A stretch of 62,496 bases of DNA, filler included, from Methanobacteriota archaeon (GCA_024860865.1; 5 parts of 5 records of this genome joined end to end with filler, not necessarily neighbours in it); one strand, 5' to 3'; shown: positions 39,774 to 49,285, counted from the whole stretch's first letter. Numbers and translations are program-made. The notes: generated by a model not told the origin, from the sequence alone.

Positions 39774-41348
39774 TTAAAGAATATGAGTTGATCTTAACCA
39801 CTCAAGGTCACAAAAGTATAATGTGCGAATATCCTCTAATCCAAATTTTAACATTGCTAATCGTTCGATACTTAATCCCCACGCGAGAACAGGGTATTCA
39901 ATACCTAAAGGTAAGGTAACTTCCGGTCTAAATATTCCAGATCCACCTAGCTCTAACCACTTTCCCTTCTCTGGAAAGAAAATATCAATTTCTAAACTTG
40001 GTTCGGTATATGGGAAATAACCTGGCCTGAATCGAACTTGCTCAAAACCCATTTTTCTATAGAACTCTTTTAAAACTCCAAATAAATTGCTGAATGTAAC
40101 TCCTTTGTCCATAACAATTCCATCAACTTGATAAAACTCTGGCAAATGTTTAAAGTCTACCCTCTCACGCCTGAAAACTTTGCCTACACAAAAAACTTTA
40201 ACAGGTGGTTGTGTATGTTCGGCAAGATGATGTATGGTTGTGGCAGTAGTATGTGTGCGCAAAATAACTTGTTTTGATATCTCTTTGTTCCATTTATATC
40301 CCCAACCAATAGATCCTGTTGTGCCCCCATTTTCATGGGTTTTCGCGATACTCTCAACCAAACTCTCGCTTGGAAGTCTAGCAGTTTTGGGCTGAGATAA
40401 ATATAAAGTATCCATCATTTCCCTGGCTGGGTGGTCTTGGGGCTGAAATAACGCATCAAAATTCCAAAATGCTGACTCTACAATCGGACTTTTAATTTCT
40501 GCAAATCCCATTTCTAAAAAAATTTCTCGAATTTGATCGATAATTTGAGTCAATGGATGTGCTCTACCAAGATGCAAGAGCGGAGCTGGTGCTGCGACAT
40601 CATATTTTCTAAACTTTACTTTTTTCCAAGCTCCAGTTTGGATGATTTCTGGGGTTAATTGAGAAATCTCTTCAGTTACTTCGATTCCAAGATTAAGCAA
40701 CTTATTGCCTGTTTCCGTTAACTTGAAAGTTCGAGATGTTCTCCTTACAATTTGAATTACATTCTTACGACTTTTAAGTTGTTCAACCGCCAGCTCAAAA
40801 TATTGAACCTCTGGCTCCAACTCATTTTCAGATTTTTCTTCAGTTTGGCTAAGCGAGCTTAAAAGTTCTTCATCTGAGCCCTTAGATCTAGCTGATCGTT
40901 CACCAACATCTGTTATTTTCAATGCGGCAATGCGGACTCCAGACTCATCTGGCTCATATACCAATTCAGCCCATCGCTTCCTTTGTAACCAAATTAATGC
41001 AATATTGATTTCATTGCTTTCTAGTCCACATTTTTTTGTCAGATCATCAAATGAGATTTTTCTCTCTTTTACCAATACATTTAGAACTCGGCGCTCTGGG
41101 AGATTATTCTTTTGATATTTTACTCCCTCGCTGCCAAGCCTAAAAAAACGGACAATTTTCTCTTCAATAGCCTCAATTAAACCTTTTTTTTGTAGCCAAG
41201 AGCAAGCTCTCATTACTGAAACTAATTCTTTAAGATCGGTTTCAGTTAATATCTGATCCGGAGTAGCCTGACCGCGCAATTTATTAAGAGCAAGCAAAAC
41301 TTTTCTTTCATGAGGATGAATCTCTTCCCTAATTTTTTCTAGATCCAT
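39774..41348 (-). CDS. pheS: Phenylalanine-tRNA ligase alpha subunit
   Basis: WNFDALFQPQDHPAREMMDT, LRTHTT, YFPYTEPS, GSGIFRPE. Confidence 0.95.
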   Translation of the reverse strand: MDLEKIREEIHPHERKVLLALNKLRGQATPDQILTETDLKELVSVMRACSWLQKKGLIEAIEEKIVRFFRLGSEGVKYQKNNLPERRVLNVLVKERKISFDDLTKKCGLESNEINIALIWLQRKRWAELVYEPDESGVRIAALKITDVGERSARSKGSDEELLSSLSQTEEKSENELEPEVQYFELAVEQLKSRKNVIQIVRRTSRTFKLTETGNKLLNLGIEVTEEISQLTPEIIQTGAWKKVKFRKYDVAAPAPLLHLGRAHPLTQIIDQIREIFLEMGFAEIKSPIVESAFWNFDALFQPQDHPAREMMDTLYLSQPKTARLPSESLVESIAKTHENGGTTGSIGWGYKWNKEISKQVILRTHTTATTIHHLAEHTQPPVKVFCVGKVFRRERVDFKHLPEFYQVDGIVMDKGVTFSNLFGVLKEFYRKMGFEQVRFRPGYFPYTEPSLEIDIFFPEKGKWLELGGSGIFRPEVTLPLGIEYPVLAWGLSIERLAMLKFGLEDIRTLYFCDLEWLRSTHIL

Positions 41349-41360
41349 AAAATCATCTAG

Positions 41361-42482
41361 CTAGTCTCTCACCATGAATTTCTCTAAAAGATCTTTGGCT
41401 TTTTCCCGCTTTCTTTGATGCTCGCTTAAAAATTTGTTTACATAATTGGCAAGTATCTCTTTGTCCTCGCCACAGAGTATCTCTCCATTTTTACATTTTC
41501 TATAGATTTCTTTTATTTTTCCATCATCTTTTTCAAAAAGAATGTAAAGCCAATGATAGACAGAGCAAATCTCTGGGATTCCCCCTTTCTCTCTTTGCTC
41601 TTTAACAGTTGCACGGCCTCCAGTAAAGGCGTTCCAAACTTTTTTCTTAGCATATTCAAGAGAATCTGTTGTATATACACAAGTCTCTGGGAGACTTGCG
41701 CTCATCTTGCCACCTTGGCCTAGTCCAGGTAAGAACTTGCAATAAATTCCAGCTGGTTTGTGAAGTCCAAGCTTTGGGGCAACATCTCTTGCTACTCGCC
41801 AGTAGGGTTCTTGGTCCACGGCGCAAGGAATTAAACAACGCTCGTTTTGACCCTCAAACAACTGGGCCATGAATGCTGGGACTGCTTGCATAGCTGGAAA
41901 AAATATGATTCCAATATTTGAAGTACTATTAAATCCAAAAACAGCTTTAGCCGTAGAAAATGGAATATGTTTTGCTATTTGAAGCGCCATTTTATATTGT
42001 GTCTTTGCGTATTCTATATTTGAAAAGATTTTAGTTTTTTTCGGGTCGAAGCCAAGAGCAATCACATCTAGCGCGTTATCATATGTAAAACCAATTGTTT
42101 GCTCTAATGTAAGCTCTGGTTTGATTAGAAATTTTTCATCATCCGTCATTTGGAAGTATAATTTAGCATCAAAAACATCTTGCAAGTGTTTTGTAAATAT
42201 CCACGGTATAATATGGCCAAGGTGAGTATGTCCAGAAGGCCCTCTACCTGTATAAAGCACAAATTTTTGTCCGCGCTCATAGGAATCAAGCACGTGATTA
42301 AAGTCTCTATGGGAAAAGAAAAATTTTCTTCTTAAAAACATGTGCAATTCTTTTGTATGCTTCTTTATCCTTTTCAGTAACTTATCTGTTATCGGTTCAA
42401 CACCAAATTCTTCAATCAGTTTTTCATAATCTATTTCTCCAGAGACTTCCCAAGGAGTTACGACGAACTTCTTCTTTTGCAT
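41361..42482 (-). CDS. trpS: Tryptophan-tRNA ligase
   Basis: YTGRGPSGHTHLGH, KMSAS, AFTGGR. Confidence 0.95.
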   Translation of the reverse strand: MQKKKFVVTPWEVSGEIDYEKLIEEFGVEPITDKLLKRIKKHTKELHMFLRRKFFFSHRDFNHVLDSYERGQKFVLYTGRGPSGHTHLGHIIPWIFTKHLQDVFDAKLYFQMTDDEKFLIKPELTLEQTIGFTYDNALDVIALGFDPKKTKIFSNIEYAKTQYKMALQIAKHIPFSTAKAVFGFNSTSNIGIIFFPAMQAVPAFMAQLFEGQNERCLIPCAVDQEPYWRVARDVAPKLGLHKPAGIYCKFLPGLGQGGKMSASLPETCVYTTDSLEYAKKKVWNAFTGGRATVKEQREKGGIPEICSVYHWLYILFEKDDGKIKEIYRKCKNGEILCGEDKEILANYVNKFLSEHQRKREKAKDLLEKFMVRD

Positions 42483-42547
42483 TCTCCCACCTTAATAACA
42501 AAAAAACAAAAATATTATTGTGAATAAATGGTAAAATACCTTTTTAA

Positions 42548-43096
42548 CTACGGCTTAACTCGCTCGAGCCGATAATAAGTAACATCGCCTTCTTCATCAA
42601 CTATTCCTAAAAATAATTCTTTACGAACTGCTCTTGCCAGTCTGGTCATCCCAGAAAGATCTTGTGTAGTTAAAGAGTCGCCTTCTTTAATAGCATGGAC
42701 TAAGTAATCTGAGTGAGCTTCACCTGGTTTACCCCCTCTATAAACCCTAAAGTGAGTGCCAAATTTAAACCCAGTTTTGACGTAGTACCCTCGACTCTTA
42801 AGCTCCCGATAGACTACAAAACGAGTTCGAATGTCCGGTTCAAGCTGAGATGCCTTCCTTAACAAGTCATCAAAATTTAGTTCTTTACCAGTTTCTTCGT
42901 CTTTTACTTTAATCCTCCCTTTTTCAAACAAAAAAAGGGCTTCAACTAGAGACACCTCCAACTTGCTGCCTGAGAGAGGGGTGCCAAAGTAACCCTTTTG
43001 ATAAAGTTCGTTTCCAGCTACTTCATCCCAAACTATTACCTTGTCCTTTAATAGGGTAGCTTCAACGGGTGGAGGTAGGGGGAGTTGTTGCTCCAT
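42548..43096 (-). CDS. endA: tRNA-splicing endonuclease (single catalytic-type subunit, alpha4-like size)
   Basis: SLVEALFL, KTGFKFGTHFRVY (Y), EAHSDYLV (H), AVRK (K); 182 aa. Confidence 0.93.
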   Translation of the reverse strand: MEQQLPLPPPVEATLLKDKVIVWDEVAGNELYQKGYFGTPLSGSKLEVSLVEALFLFEKGRIKVKDEETGKELNFDDLLRKASQLEPDIRTRFVVYRELKSRGYYVKTGFKFGTHFRVYRGGKPGEAHSDYLVHAIKEGDSLTTQDLSGMTRLARAVRKELFLGIVDEEGDVTYYRLERVKP

Positions 43097-43181
43097 ATTT
43101 AATCCTCATTTTCTTCAATTAATGATGCGATTCCTTTAAGAAGATTTTGTTGCTTAATTATTACTAGCAGAGGTGCTTAAA

Positions 43182-43367
43182 ATGTGCGAATCGAAGCTTT
43201 TTATGGAGAGAAAGGGCGGTCGAGAAAAGCTAATGGATGAGGTAATTCTAATTCAGGTTAAAAATGGAGTTATTCGAGCTGTAAATCTAACTGGTGAAGA
43301 AAAACTCCTCAATGCAAAAATTAAAGAAATCGATTTTGATCGCCATCAAATAATACTAATGGAGTAA
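43182..43367 (+). CDS. cooT: CooT-family nickel-binding protein
   Basis: MCES N terminus; ..IDFDRHQIIL. Confidence 0.8.
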   Translation: MCESKLFMERKGGREKLMDEVILIQVKNGVIRAVNLTGEEKLLNAKIKEIDFDRHQIILME

Positions 43368-43383
43368 TTCTATTGGTGATAAG

Positions 43384-43956
43384 ATGGTTGTAAATTTTCT
43401 TAAAACAGTTGGTAAATTAAAACATATTCCAAGGATTGGTTGGTTGTTAAGAGGTAAAAGTAATCATGTTGAGTCAGTAGCTGAGCACAGCATGCGAACT
43501 GCAGTGGCTGCCATATTAATAGCAGATTTAGCTCAATTAAATGGAATTAAAGTTAATGTTGAGCGCACAATTAAGATGGCAGTACTGCATGATATGGCAG
43601 AGGCGTTAGTAGCTGATATTGATAAGGAATCTTTAAAATACCTTGGTTCTAAAGGTGAAGAAATTAAAAAAACTATAGAATCAAAAGCTATTGATGAAAT
43701 ACTGAGTCAGCTGCCATCTACAAGGCTGGGGCAAAGCTACGCTGAACTTTTAAAAGAGTACCGAGAAAGAAAAACTGTCGAAGCAAAAATTGTAAAAGCT
43801 GCAGATAAACTTGAGACGGCCATTCAAGCTTTGGAGTATAAGGTATCTGAGCATGAATTTTTAACAGATGCGAAAAAGGCACTAATGCAATTAGATGCCA
43901 AAACATCCGGGTTTATAATAGAGGAATTAAAAAAGCTAAAAATTGCTAAAAATTAA
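43384..43956 (+). CDS. HD-domain hydrolase (YfbR-like 5'-deoxynucleotidase)
   Basis: LKHIPRIGW, ESVAEHS, LHDMAEA, ADKLE. Confidence 0.88.
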   Translation: MVVNFLKTVGKLKHIPRIGWLLRGKSNHVESVAEHSMRTAVAAILIADLAQLNGIKVNVERTIKMAVLHDMAEALVADIDKESLKYLGSKGEEIKKTIESKAIDEILSQLPSTRLGQSYAELLKEYRERKTVEAKIVKAADKLETAIQALEYKVSEHEFLTDAKKALMQLDAKTSGFIIEELKKLKIAKN

Positions 43957-44049
43957 TTTTTTAAAAGAAATTATAAAACAAACTTTGCTAGCTCAATACA
44001 CATTAGACTTAAACATGAAAAAAGTTTTAAAATTCTTTTAGGTGAGTAT

Positions 44050-44265
44050 TTGATGTGTGAAGCTATTCCGATAAAACTAACTAAAAAAGAGAAAGATTTT
44101 TTGCAACTCAAAATGAATTTAACTGAAGAACAAATGAAAAAAATCGATAAGGATATTGAAGAGAGAAAGAAAATACCTAATAAAGTGTTTTTAAAACTGA
44201 TTGAAGATACATTGAAATTGAGAATGAAATATGGTTCTAGAAAAACTTTGTATGGAATTGAGTAA
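44050..44265 (+). CDS. Small hypothetical protein (putative antitoxin partner)
   Basis: Overlaps the downstream nucleotidyltransferase gene. Confidence 0.5.
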   Translation: MMCEAIPIKLTKKEKDFLQLKMNLTEEQMKKIDKDIEERKKIPNKVFLKLIEDTLKLRMKYGSRKTLYGIE

Positions 44266-44785
44266 CAAATTGAATAAATTAAAACTGAAATATTGCGTAA
44301 TAAGAGGTTATGCCGGCATATTGTATGGTTCTCCAGCTATGACAACTGATTTAGATATTTTAATCGAAGAATTTAATGAAAAATTTTTAACAGAATTAAA
44401 AAAAATTGGTTGGAATTTGCATCCGTATAATACAACTTTATTTCAGATAAAAACTCTTGGATTTGCAAATTTTTTAAATAAAAAAACTCCAGTTTGGCTG
44501 CATGTTTTCGAAAAAGTACCTGGCTTAGAAATAGATAAAATTAGAATAAACAAAAAACGTATGAACCATACTTTAATAAATGTTGCTAGCAAAGAAGATT
44601 GTATTATCTCGTTGCTTAAAACATGGGATTCAAGCAGATTAGAGCCCCAAAAAGCATTGTATTTGATGAGATTAGGAAAAATAGATCTAAAATATTTAAC
44701 AAAAAGAGCCAAAGAAGAAAATGTTTTGATCAGGCTCAAATGGTTATTAAAGCAAAGAAAAATTTGGATAACTGGCAAAAAATAG
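44231..44785 (+). CDS. Nucleotidyltransferase (DUF6036/AbiEii-like)
   Basis: YCVIRGYAGILYG.PAMTTDLDIL; C-terminal IDLKYLTKRA. Confidence 0.65.
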   Translation: MVLEKLCMELSNKLNKLKLKYCVIRGYAGILYGSPAMTTDLDILIEEFNEKFLTELKKIGWNLHPYNTTLFQIKTLGFANFLNKKTPVWLHVFEKVPGLEIDKIRINKKRMNHTLINVASKEDCIISLLKTWDSSRLEPQKALYLMRLGKIDLKYLTKRAKEENVLIRLKWLLKQRKIWITGKK

Positions 44786-44839
44786 GTAATAATAAATTGA
44801 AACTTGTGTTTGAATGAAAGACTAAAATTGTAGTCTAAA

Positions 44840-45340
44840 TCATTTTTCGAAGCTTAGATTAGGTAGTAATTTTAAAATGCCCACCTTCTCTTTTGGATGG
44901 CATTCCAATTCGCAGCTTTTTCTTGCATACTGCTCCTCACCAACTGCTATGTTCTTCTCTCTCTGTAAAACTTCGCCGGTTTCTGGATCCACATGGATAA
45001 CCATAGAATTTAGGGTAACTTTACCTCCGCATCCGCATTTTCTCTCTATTATTTCAACCTTCCAAACATAACCAAGAGATTCGTTCTTTATCAATGAGGC
45101 TTGTTCGATCCTTAATTTAGGATCCTTAAAGTATTGACTTGAAAAATTTATAAAAATAGGATCACTTTTTGCAATTTCAACTGCTTTCTCTGCACTGATG
45201 GGAAGATTAACGCTTCTTTGGGTCGTTTGTAGCTGTGCTTGCAGTTCGTTTGTTTTTGCAAAGAGATAAGTGGCAAATACAGCTAGAGCAATGCAAAGAA
45301 TGCCCAATAAAATACCAACGTAATATATCTTTTTCTCCAA
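44840..45340 (-). CDS. Membrane-anchored PepSY-like protein with Cys clusters
   Basis: TM anchor; ISAEKAVEIA...VWKV...VDPETGEVL; CGCGG and CELECH. Confidence 0.6.
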   Translation of the reverse strand: MEKKIYYVGILLGILCIALAVFATYLFAKTNELQAQLQTTQRSVNLPISAEKAVEIAKSDPIFINFSSQYFKDPKLRIEQASLIKNESLGYVWKVEIIERKCGCGGKVTLNSMVIHVDPETGEVLQREKNIAVGEEQYARKSCELECHPKEKVGILKLLPNLSFEK

Positions 45341-45413
45341 GTTGTTACCCCATTATTTTAATTTATTATGAGCTATTAATAACTATAAGGAACCTTTTCA
45401 ACATTTTAATAAT

Positions 45414-45572
45414 TCATGTAAAAATAGTTGATTCAATCGTAGCAAACATGCTGCCTGCACAAAATCGGCAGATATCCATAAATTGATCGAAACAATGTTC
45501 ACAAACTGGCCTATAGCAGATTCTGCAAATAAAAATAGCCGAGAGATGTTTACATATTTGGCAGAGTACCAT
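45414..45572 (-). CDS. Small zinc-finger protein
   Basis: CQIC..CRIC.RPVCEHC..CRFC; ATG 45572 follows GAGGTG. Confidence 0.7.
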   Translation of the reverse strand: MVLCQICKHLSAIFICRICYRPVCEHCFDQFMDICRFCAGSMFATIESTIFT

Positions 45573-45631
45573 ATTCACCTCAAAAATAATATAACTTTCC
45601 TTGTATTTTGAAATCTCGAAAGGCTTAAGTT

Positions 45632-46357
45632 TCAAGCATAACCAGGTATTTTTTTGAGGGGCTCTTCTTTCTCTTCGACTTCTAATTCTGAAGTATTAAT
45701 GCTAATTTTAAGTATCTTGCTGAGCTTATCTAACAAAGTTTTTGTAGCAAGCGGATCTGGATGCTCCGGATTTTTAAAATTTGGGGCAGTCATTCCAAGC
45801 AAGCATATCCCTTTCATATCTTTTAACATGCTTAAGCCTAAAACAAGTCCTGAAAAACCATAGAATGGGCCTTCTTCTGATTTTTCAATTCCAAATTTTT
45901 TCATTTCTTCAACAATTTCGGGATTAGTTGCAACACATTGAACTCCTTTCCCACCTCGTGCATGCCCTCCAAGCACAATTATTTTTTTAACTCCAAATTT
46001 TTCTAAAAAATCTAAAACTTTAAGAGCTGTATCATATTGTCCATAAAAATCAGCTTGATAACCTTTAACAATTATTAGATTTTTTTTATGTGAATAAAAT
46101 TTGATTTTAGGTAGTTCTACTGCATCATTTTCTACTTTAGCGCCTGCTTCACCCGGTGTTCCAACATAAGAAGGACTAAAATAATAAACCACTGGAAAAT
46201 TAGGAGAATATAATTCAGCAAATAGTTCTGGTTTAAGATCTTTTATTAAATGGTCTATTGCTATTTTTCCAACTGACCTTAAACCAGGCGCTCCTAGTAT
46301 GGCTATAGGGTTCTTAAACTTTGGTTTCTTCCCAATGAATTCTATCCAAGCCTTCAT
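45632..46357 (-). CDS. PAC2-family proteasome assembly chaperone
   Basis: GAPGLRSVGKIAIDHL, IIVLGG, GFSGLVLG, PDP. Confidence 0.85.
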   Translation of the reverse strand: MKAWIEFIGKKPKFKNPIAILGAPGLRSVGKIAIDHLIKDLKPELFAELYSPNFPVVYYFSPSYVGTPGEAGAKVENDAVELPKIKFYSHKKNLIIVKGYQADFYGQYDTALKVLDFLEKFGVKKIIVLGGHARGGKGVQCVATNPEIVEEMKKFGIEKSEEGPFYGFSGLVLGLSMLKDMKGICLLGMTAPNFKNPEHPDPLATKTLLDKLSKILKISINTSELEVEEKEEPLKKIPGYA

Positions 46358-46507
46358 GGATTCTCACTTTAAATTTAATTATCGAGGTAATTCTATTTAA
46401 AAGAGTGTACAAATGCTCGAACAAAGTGCCTAGCTTAATGGAACAAGGAGATAAAATTAGAGGATAAAACAGTTTGAGGAGTTAAATTTTAATACTCTGA
46501 CTAAATT

Positions 46508-46999
46508 CTAAATTCCCTTGACGTAATCCTTCAATAGCTCAGAAACCATCTCTTCCTTCACACGCTTGTTCAAATATTTTTTGTCTATTATTTTCCAGTA
46601 GCCTCTTAGCAACAGAATAGCCTGTTCACAGTCAGATTGCGATTTCCAAAATTTGCATGCGCATAGCCTATCTACGAGGGCATCTTCGACTCCAATTATT
46701 TTAATAGCATATTTCGTTCCGCTCAACTTTATTCGATTCACTTTTTTTCTAGTAGATAAATTACCAACTATATCAATGCAAACATCTTCACGAAAGAATA
46801 CTCTTCCTTGTTTTTCAAATTTCATTTCTTCTAAAATTTTTGATAATACCTCCCTGTCACCTAGGATATCCATATCTAGGCTCTTGTAGGCTCCACCGGT
46901 ATATAGTTCAACAGCAGAACCACCCACTAAAATCGGTTCTTTACCTTTTGGGCAGCGTGCTGTTATTTCGCCGAGGATTTCGAATTTGTTTCCTACCAA
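46508..46999 (-). CDS. Nucleotidyltransferase (DUF6036-like)
   Basis: ILVGGSAVELYTGGAYKSLDMD; EDALVDRL. Confidence 0.7.
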   Translation of the reverse strand: MVGNKFEILGEITARCPKGKEPILVGGSAVELYTGGAYKSLDMDILGDREVLSKILEEMKFEKQGRVFFREDVCIDIVGNLSTRKKVNRIKLSGTKYAIKIIGVEDALVDRLCACKFWKSQSDCEQAILLLRGYWKIIDKKYLNKRVKEEMVSELLKDYVKGI

Positions 47000-47124
47000 A
47001 CCTTAATCTCCTTAATCTTACCTTTAACTATCTTAACGCCTTTTTTTATCCTCATTTCAACTATCCTAGCTATTGCCTCAAACTCATCTTTATCTCTAGG
47101 TCTTGTTCGAATCGTCTCAGTCAT
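46993..47124 (-). CDS. Small partner protein of the nucleotidyltransferase
   Basis: ATG 47124 follows GGAGTG; overlaps the downstream start. Confidence 0.45.
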   Translation of the reverse strand: MTETIRTRPRDKDEFEAIARIVEMRIKKGVKIVKGKIKEIKVW

Positions 47125-47242
47125 GAAATCACTCCTAAAAATGAGTTTTGATAGCTTAGACTTATTTAGACTTTGGTTTTTTGAGTTTCTTAACATAAGT
47201 TTTTAATTTTGGATTTGAAAATAGTAAAAGTGAGGCATAAAA

Positions 47243-47618
47243 TTGAGGACATATCCACGCTGTGTTACTCCTGGATTTACTCCATTTGACCCAGTGGAGC
47301 TAGCGAAAGAAACTGAGAAAATTGTTTGTGTAGGGAATAAACGCAAGTATACTAATTTCTATGCCACTGGCGTATATGTATTGTAAAAGTTTTTACATTG
47401 CAATATAGCGCGAACGGTGGTATAGCTACTGGATACGCGATAGGCTGCATGTTGCGCTGCGTATTTTGTTGGATTGATTTCTCTCGAGAATTTCCGGAGA
47501 AATATGGAAATTTTTACTCGCCAGAAGAAGCATTTAACAAACTAAAAGAAGCTGCTCATAAATATGGAGTTCGCAAACTTCGCATCTCAGGAGCCGAGCC
47601 AACTCTTTGCAAAGAACA
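47243..47618 (+). CDS. Radical SAM protein (COG5014-like), two exons 47243-47375 and 47414->47618; 3' truncated at contig end
   Basis: Spliced translation LRTYPRCVTPGFTPFDPVELAKETEKIVCVGNKRKYTNFYATGVYGGIATGYAIGCMLRCVFCW...KLRISGAEPTL, with CxxxCxxC. TTG start follows GTGAGG. Confidence 0.85.
47376..47413 (+). other. Putative 38-nt bulge-helix-bulge (BHB) mRNA intron
   Basis: Canonical hBHBh': exon helix 47359-69/47415-25; central helix GCGU/GCGC; 3-nt bulges AUA and GAA; intron helix 47377-86/47398-407. Removal restores the frame. Confidence 0.85.
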
Positions 47619-47718
47619 NNNNNNNNNNNNNNNNNNNNNNNNNNNNNNNNNNNNNNNNNNNNTTAATTAATTAANNNNNNNNNNNNNNNNNNNNNNNNNN
47701 NNNNNNNNNNNNNNNNNN
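47619..47718. other. Artificial contig linker
   Basis: N44-TTAATTAATTAA-N44. Confidence 0.98.
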
Positions 47719-48042
47719 AAGTGCGCCTGCTCCGCTTGCTCCAAATCCAAACTTCATTGGAACCTCGAGCAAATGAGCAACCGATATAGAATATTGCAGA
47801 CCTGCCATTTCAAGCATTGTTTTGACAACTGTTTCAGTAACTGGAGCTGGAACCTGCTTTTCATCAATTGTTATGTTGATTGAAGTTGAGCTCGATTTTT
47901 CAGCATTAACTTCGGTTAAAACTCCTTTTGTGATTACAACACCTGCCCCGCGGGACCCAATTTGAGTTGCATCAATCGCCTTTTCATCACAAATTTCAAA
48001 AAAACCAGTTATATGTCCTGGAACAAATGCAACTGCTCTCAT
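47719..48042 (-). CDS. Pantoate kinase (GHMP family), 3' truncated
   Basis: AFVPGHITGFF, GSRGAG, PMKFGFGASGAGAL; directly follows coaBC. Confidence 0.85.
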
Positions 48043-49274
48043 TTTAAGCGCTCAACTACAATATCAAAAATCTTCTTTGCGATTTCGCGTTTGGAGGTTA
48101 GAGGGACATGGACAACCTTCTTATTGGGGCCAATAATAAAAACCTCGTCTGTATCAGAACCGAAGTGACAGCCAGTTCTGCCAACGTCATTTGCTACAAT
48201 TAAATCTACGTTTGTATCTTTCATGCAGTAATAAGCTGAAGCAATTAGATCCTCATCAGTTACTTGAAATTCTGCTTTAAACCCAACTACAAAAATGTTT
48301 GGGAAATCTTCTTTTATTTTTTTAATAATCTTTGGTAAGGGTTTGAGAACAACTGTGTGCTCCCGAGAAGAATCAAGTTTTAAGCTAGAAGGATTTTCTA
48401 CAAAAAAGTCTGCCACTGCAGCTGCTCCAACCACTATGTCGTATTTATTTGGTTTTAGCTCAGCGATTACTGCATCGTTCATCTCTCTAGTTGTTACAAC
48501 ATTGATAACTCTCATATACTCTGGAGGCTTTTGAGCACCTGGCCCATAAACTAAAGTTGCCCTTCCTCCTCGAGCTGCTGCCTCTTCTGCAATTGAAATC
48601 CCCATCTTCCCTGAACTTTTGTTTGTTATAGTTCTAATTGGGTCAACGTGCTCAACCGTTGGTCCAGCCATCACTAAAACTTTTTTCCCACTCAAATCCT
48701 TTTGATGATGCAACTCTTTTATTACAAAATTAACGATTGTTTCCATTGGTGCAAGCTTCGCCGTTCCTTCCTCAACTTTTGGCTCAATGAATTTCACTCC
48801 AATTGACTTTAATTTCTCGATGTTTGCCTTTAAGATCGAATTTTCATAAAGAGAAATATGCATAGCTGGTGCTATTGCAACTGGAATTTTTGAACCGAGC
48901 GCGGTTAAGGCTATACAGGTTACCGGTGTATCATAAATCCCGCAAGCGATTTTAGAAATAGTATTTGCAGTAGCAGGCGCAACTAAAACAAAATCAACTT
49001 TTGATTGCCCCTCTGTAAGTTGGATATACTCAAGTTTTCCGGTCAACTCAGTTACAACAGGATTGCCAGTTCCAAACTCTAACGTGTCTGGATGAATTAT
49101 TTTTTGAGCAGCAGAGCTCATAACTCCAAAAACTTCAGCACCATTCCTAATCAATTCCCTTGAAATTTTCGGAGTCCCAATTGCCGCAACGCTGCCAGTA
49201 ACACAAAGTGCGATCTTTTTGTCCTTTAGGAGCTGGCTTTTGGCGCCCTTAATAATCTTGGTTGGGTGTTCCAA
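48039..49274 (-). CDS. coaBC: Phosphopantothenoylcysteine decarboxylase/synthetase
   Basis: TGSVAA, APATANT, PAMH, AGPT.EHVDPIR, NKSSGKMG, AAVADF, GFKAE. Confidence 0.92.
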   Translation of the reverse strand: MEHPTKIIKGAKSQLLKDKKIALCVTGSVAAIGTPKISRELIRNGAEVFGVMSSAAQKIIHPDTLEFGTGNPVVTELTGKLEYIQLTEGQSKVDFVLVAPATANTISKIACGIYDTPVTCIALTALGSKIPVAIAPAMHISLYENSILKANIEKLKSIGVKFIEPKVEEGTAKLAPMETIVNFVIKELHHQKDLSGKKVLVMAGPTVEHVDPIRTITNKSSGKMGISIAEEAAARGGRATLVYGPGAQKPPEYMRVINVVTTREMNDAVIAELKPNKYDIVVGAAAVADFFVENPSSLKLDSSREHTVVLKPLPKIIKKIKEDFPNIFVVGFKAEFQVTDEDLIASAYYCMKDTNVDLIVANDVGRTGCHFGSDTDEVFIIGPNKKVVHVPLTSKREIAKKIFDIVVERLK

Positions 49275-49285
49275 AATTAGTGCAC

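Noticed and set aside
47398-47670. Listed ORF starting MQYSANGGIATG as the real gene start
   Set aside because: Its TTG lies inside the predicted intron, and the plausible N-terminal 44 codons lie upstream in another frame.
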